A DNA stretch of 32,000 nucleotides, taken from Candidatus Nanoarchaeia archaeon. GTDB taxonomy: Archaea > Nanobdellota > Nanobdellia > Woesearchaeales > JANQNC01. The translations under genes were made by a program, and so were the position numbers. Position 1 is the stretch's first letter. Each line of letters opens with the position of its first letter. The DNA lies in assembly GCA_028279745.1 (NCBI GenBank), contig JANQNC010000001.1, positions 630,001 through 662,000 on the forward strand, written 5' to 3'. Shown one piece after another: positions 31,031 through 32,000 of the stretch. The notes beneath the pieces are model-generated. The model had not been told where the DNA came from. It saw only the letters and a program-made list of their open reading frames with translations, and made no database searches.

Positions 31031-32000
31031 TCATACTCAAAATCTGGCTCTTCAGGAGCTTTCCGATCTGAAATCATCAGTAATTCCTGAACAATCTGGT
31101 TGCCAGAGTAATCAACACCAATTAGGTTTATACGGTTCATGACCTCTTCGCCAGGGTCAGTTTCAAGGAAAAGCTCTATAGTGAAAGTATCATCAACTAT
31201 TGAAGCTTGATCATTCAATATTTCTTCAAATATGAAATCAACATCTCCTCTCTTGAAAGTGCCGTGAGCTATTACACTATTCTTATCAGTCCTGTAAACA
31301 TTATCACCCATCCATAAAGCATCTTCAATGTAAGTTACCTTGAAAGGGGGCTCTACAACCAGAGGTGTTAATGTGTATTGTATTTCTGCTTCATTTCCTG
31401 CTTTATCCTTTACTGAAACTTTTACATTAGACGTATTATCAATACTTATCACTCCGTTAAAGAATCCTTCTGTGTAAGTGTTTTCTTCAACTTCTGCCAT
31501 GAACTGGTTAATGAAAACAGACTCCAAACCATTAGTGTCTGACCATGTTCCCCTAACTGTTGGAGTGTAAGTTGTTGTTATATTTCCAGATGTTACCTGG
31601 ATAATAGGAGAGGTTGTATCAACAATAAATTCTCTGTTAGCAACTCCCGTCTTTGCACCAGAGATCGCTTCAATTTTCATACTATGTTTTCCCTCTGTTA
31701 AAACAGGTGAAGAAACAGTGTAAGTTCTTAGATCGACAGCAGTTGTTATTGCAGGAGTGTTGTCAACTGTAACTGTAATTCCCCCATCAACATCTTTATC
31801 GAAAGTTAGCGTAAAAGTTGGGGTTGTTGAATTAGTATATTTTGGAATTGCTGAAGTTAAAGTAGGTGCGTCTTTGTCGTATGTGAAAGACCAAGCAGTT
31901 GAAGCAGTGTTATTGACTAAATCAGATGCTGACAAAGCCATGTCAAACTCTTCAAAGTCTACAGCTGGCGGTAATGATATAATATAACTTAAACTTCCAC
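31027..32000 (-). CDS. C-terminal part of another large Ig-like-domain surface protein; N-terminus beyond the window
   Basis: The frame stays open upstream of the track ATG (31941) to nt 32000 (..GSLSYIISLPPAVDFEEFDMALSA..). Domain-boundary motifs DKDAPTLTS and VDTTSPIIQVTS are present. Its stop overlaps the next start (ATGA at 31027-31030). Confidence 0.75.
   Translation of the reverse strand, partial: GSLSYIISLPPAVDFEEFDMALSASDLVNNTASTAWSFTYDKDAPTLTSAIPKYTNSTTPTFTLTFDKDVDGGITVTVDNTPAITTAVDLRTYTVSSPVLTEGKHSMKIEAISGAKTGVANREFIVDTTSPIIQVTSGNITTTYTPTVRGTWSDTNGLESVFINQFMAEVEENTYTEGFFNGVISIDNTSNVKVSVKDKAGNEAEIQYTLTPLVVEPPFKVTYIEDALWMGDNVYRTDKNSVIAHGTFKRGDVDFIFEEILNDQASIVDDTFTIELFLETDPGEEVMNRINLIGVDYSGNQIVQELLMISDRKAPEEPDFEYE

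Noticed and set aside
1-32000. A search for CRISPR arrays, tRNA/rRNA genes, IS elements and terminal inverted repeats.
   Set aside because: I saw no regularly spaced direct DNA repeats, no cloverleaf-like GC-rich segments in the short intergenic regions, and no transposase or integrase-like ORFs. The repeats present are protein-coding domain repeats.

Overview
AT-rich, gene-dense archaeal window. Archaeal markers are RadA, an archaeal/eukaryotic-type ribosomal protein uS2, a Zn-finger RPA, a stand-alone TRAM protein and GGTGAT-type Shine-Dalgarno sites. The content looks like a small-genome, DPANN-like episymbiotic archaeon, but that taxonomic call is inference. I saw no rRNA, tRNA, CRISPR array, transposase or integrase. 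The window has three parts. (1) nt 1-6813 (+) is the 3' part of a giant sequon-rich surface protein: a cadherin-like repeat array, a beta-propeller-like block, TSP1-like Cys modules, a TM helix and a triple-repeat cytoplasmic tail. A SET-domain methyltransferase gene follows 8 nt later. (2) nt 7338-17401 mixes housekeeping genes (uS2, LigT/ThpR, TRAM, RadA, RPA) with small membrane, Cys-rich secreted, STAS-like, LamG and HAD-like proteins. (3) nt 17560-32000 (all minus strand) is the most unusual part. Two large adhesin-like proteins are translationally coupled to 17 consecutive genes whose products all start with a class III (prepilin-type) signal peptide. The run includes two small Cys-rich major-pilin candidates, a duplicated two-gene module, a possibly degenerate amidase_3-like protein and a terminal catalytically intact M23 metallopeptidase. 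No assembly ATPase, platform protein or prepilin peptidase lies in the window. I propose this as an undescribed pilin-anchored adhesion and cell-wall-attack surface system. All family assignments are motif recognition by eye and need HMM or structure confirmation.
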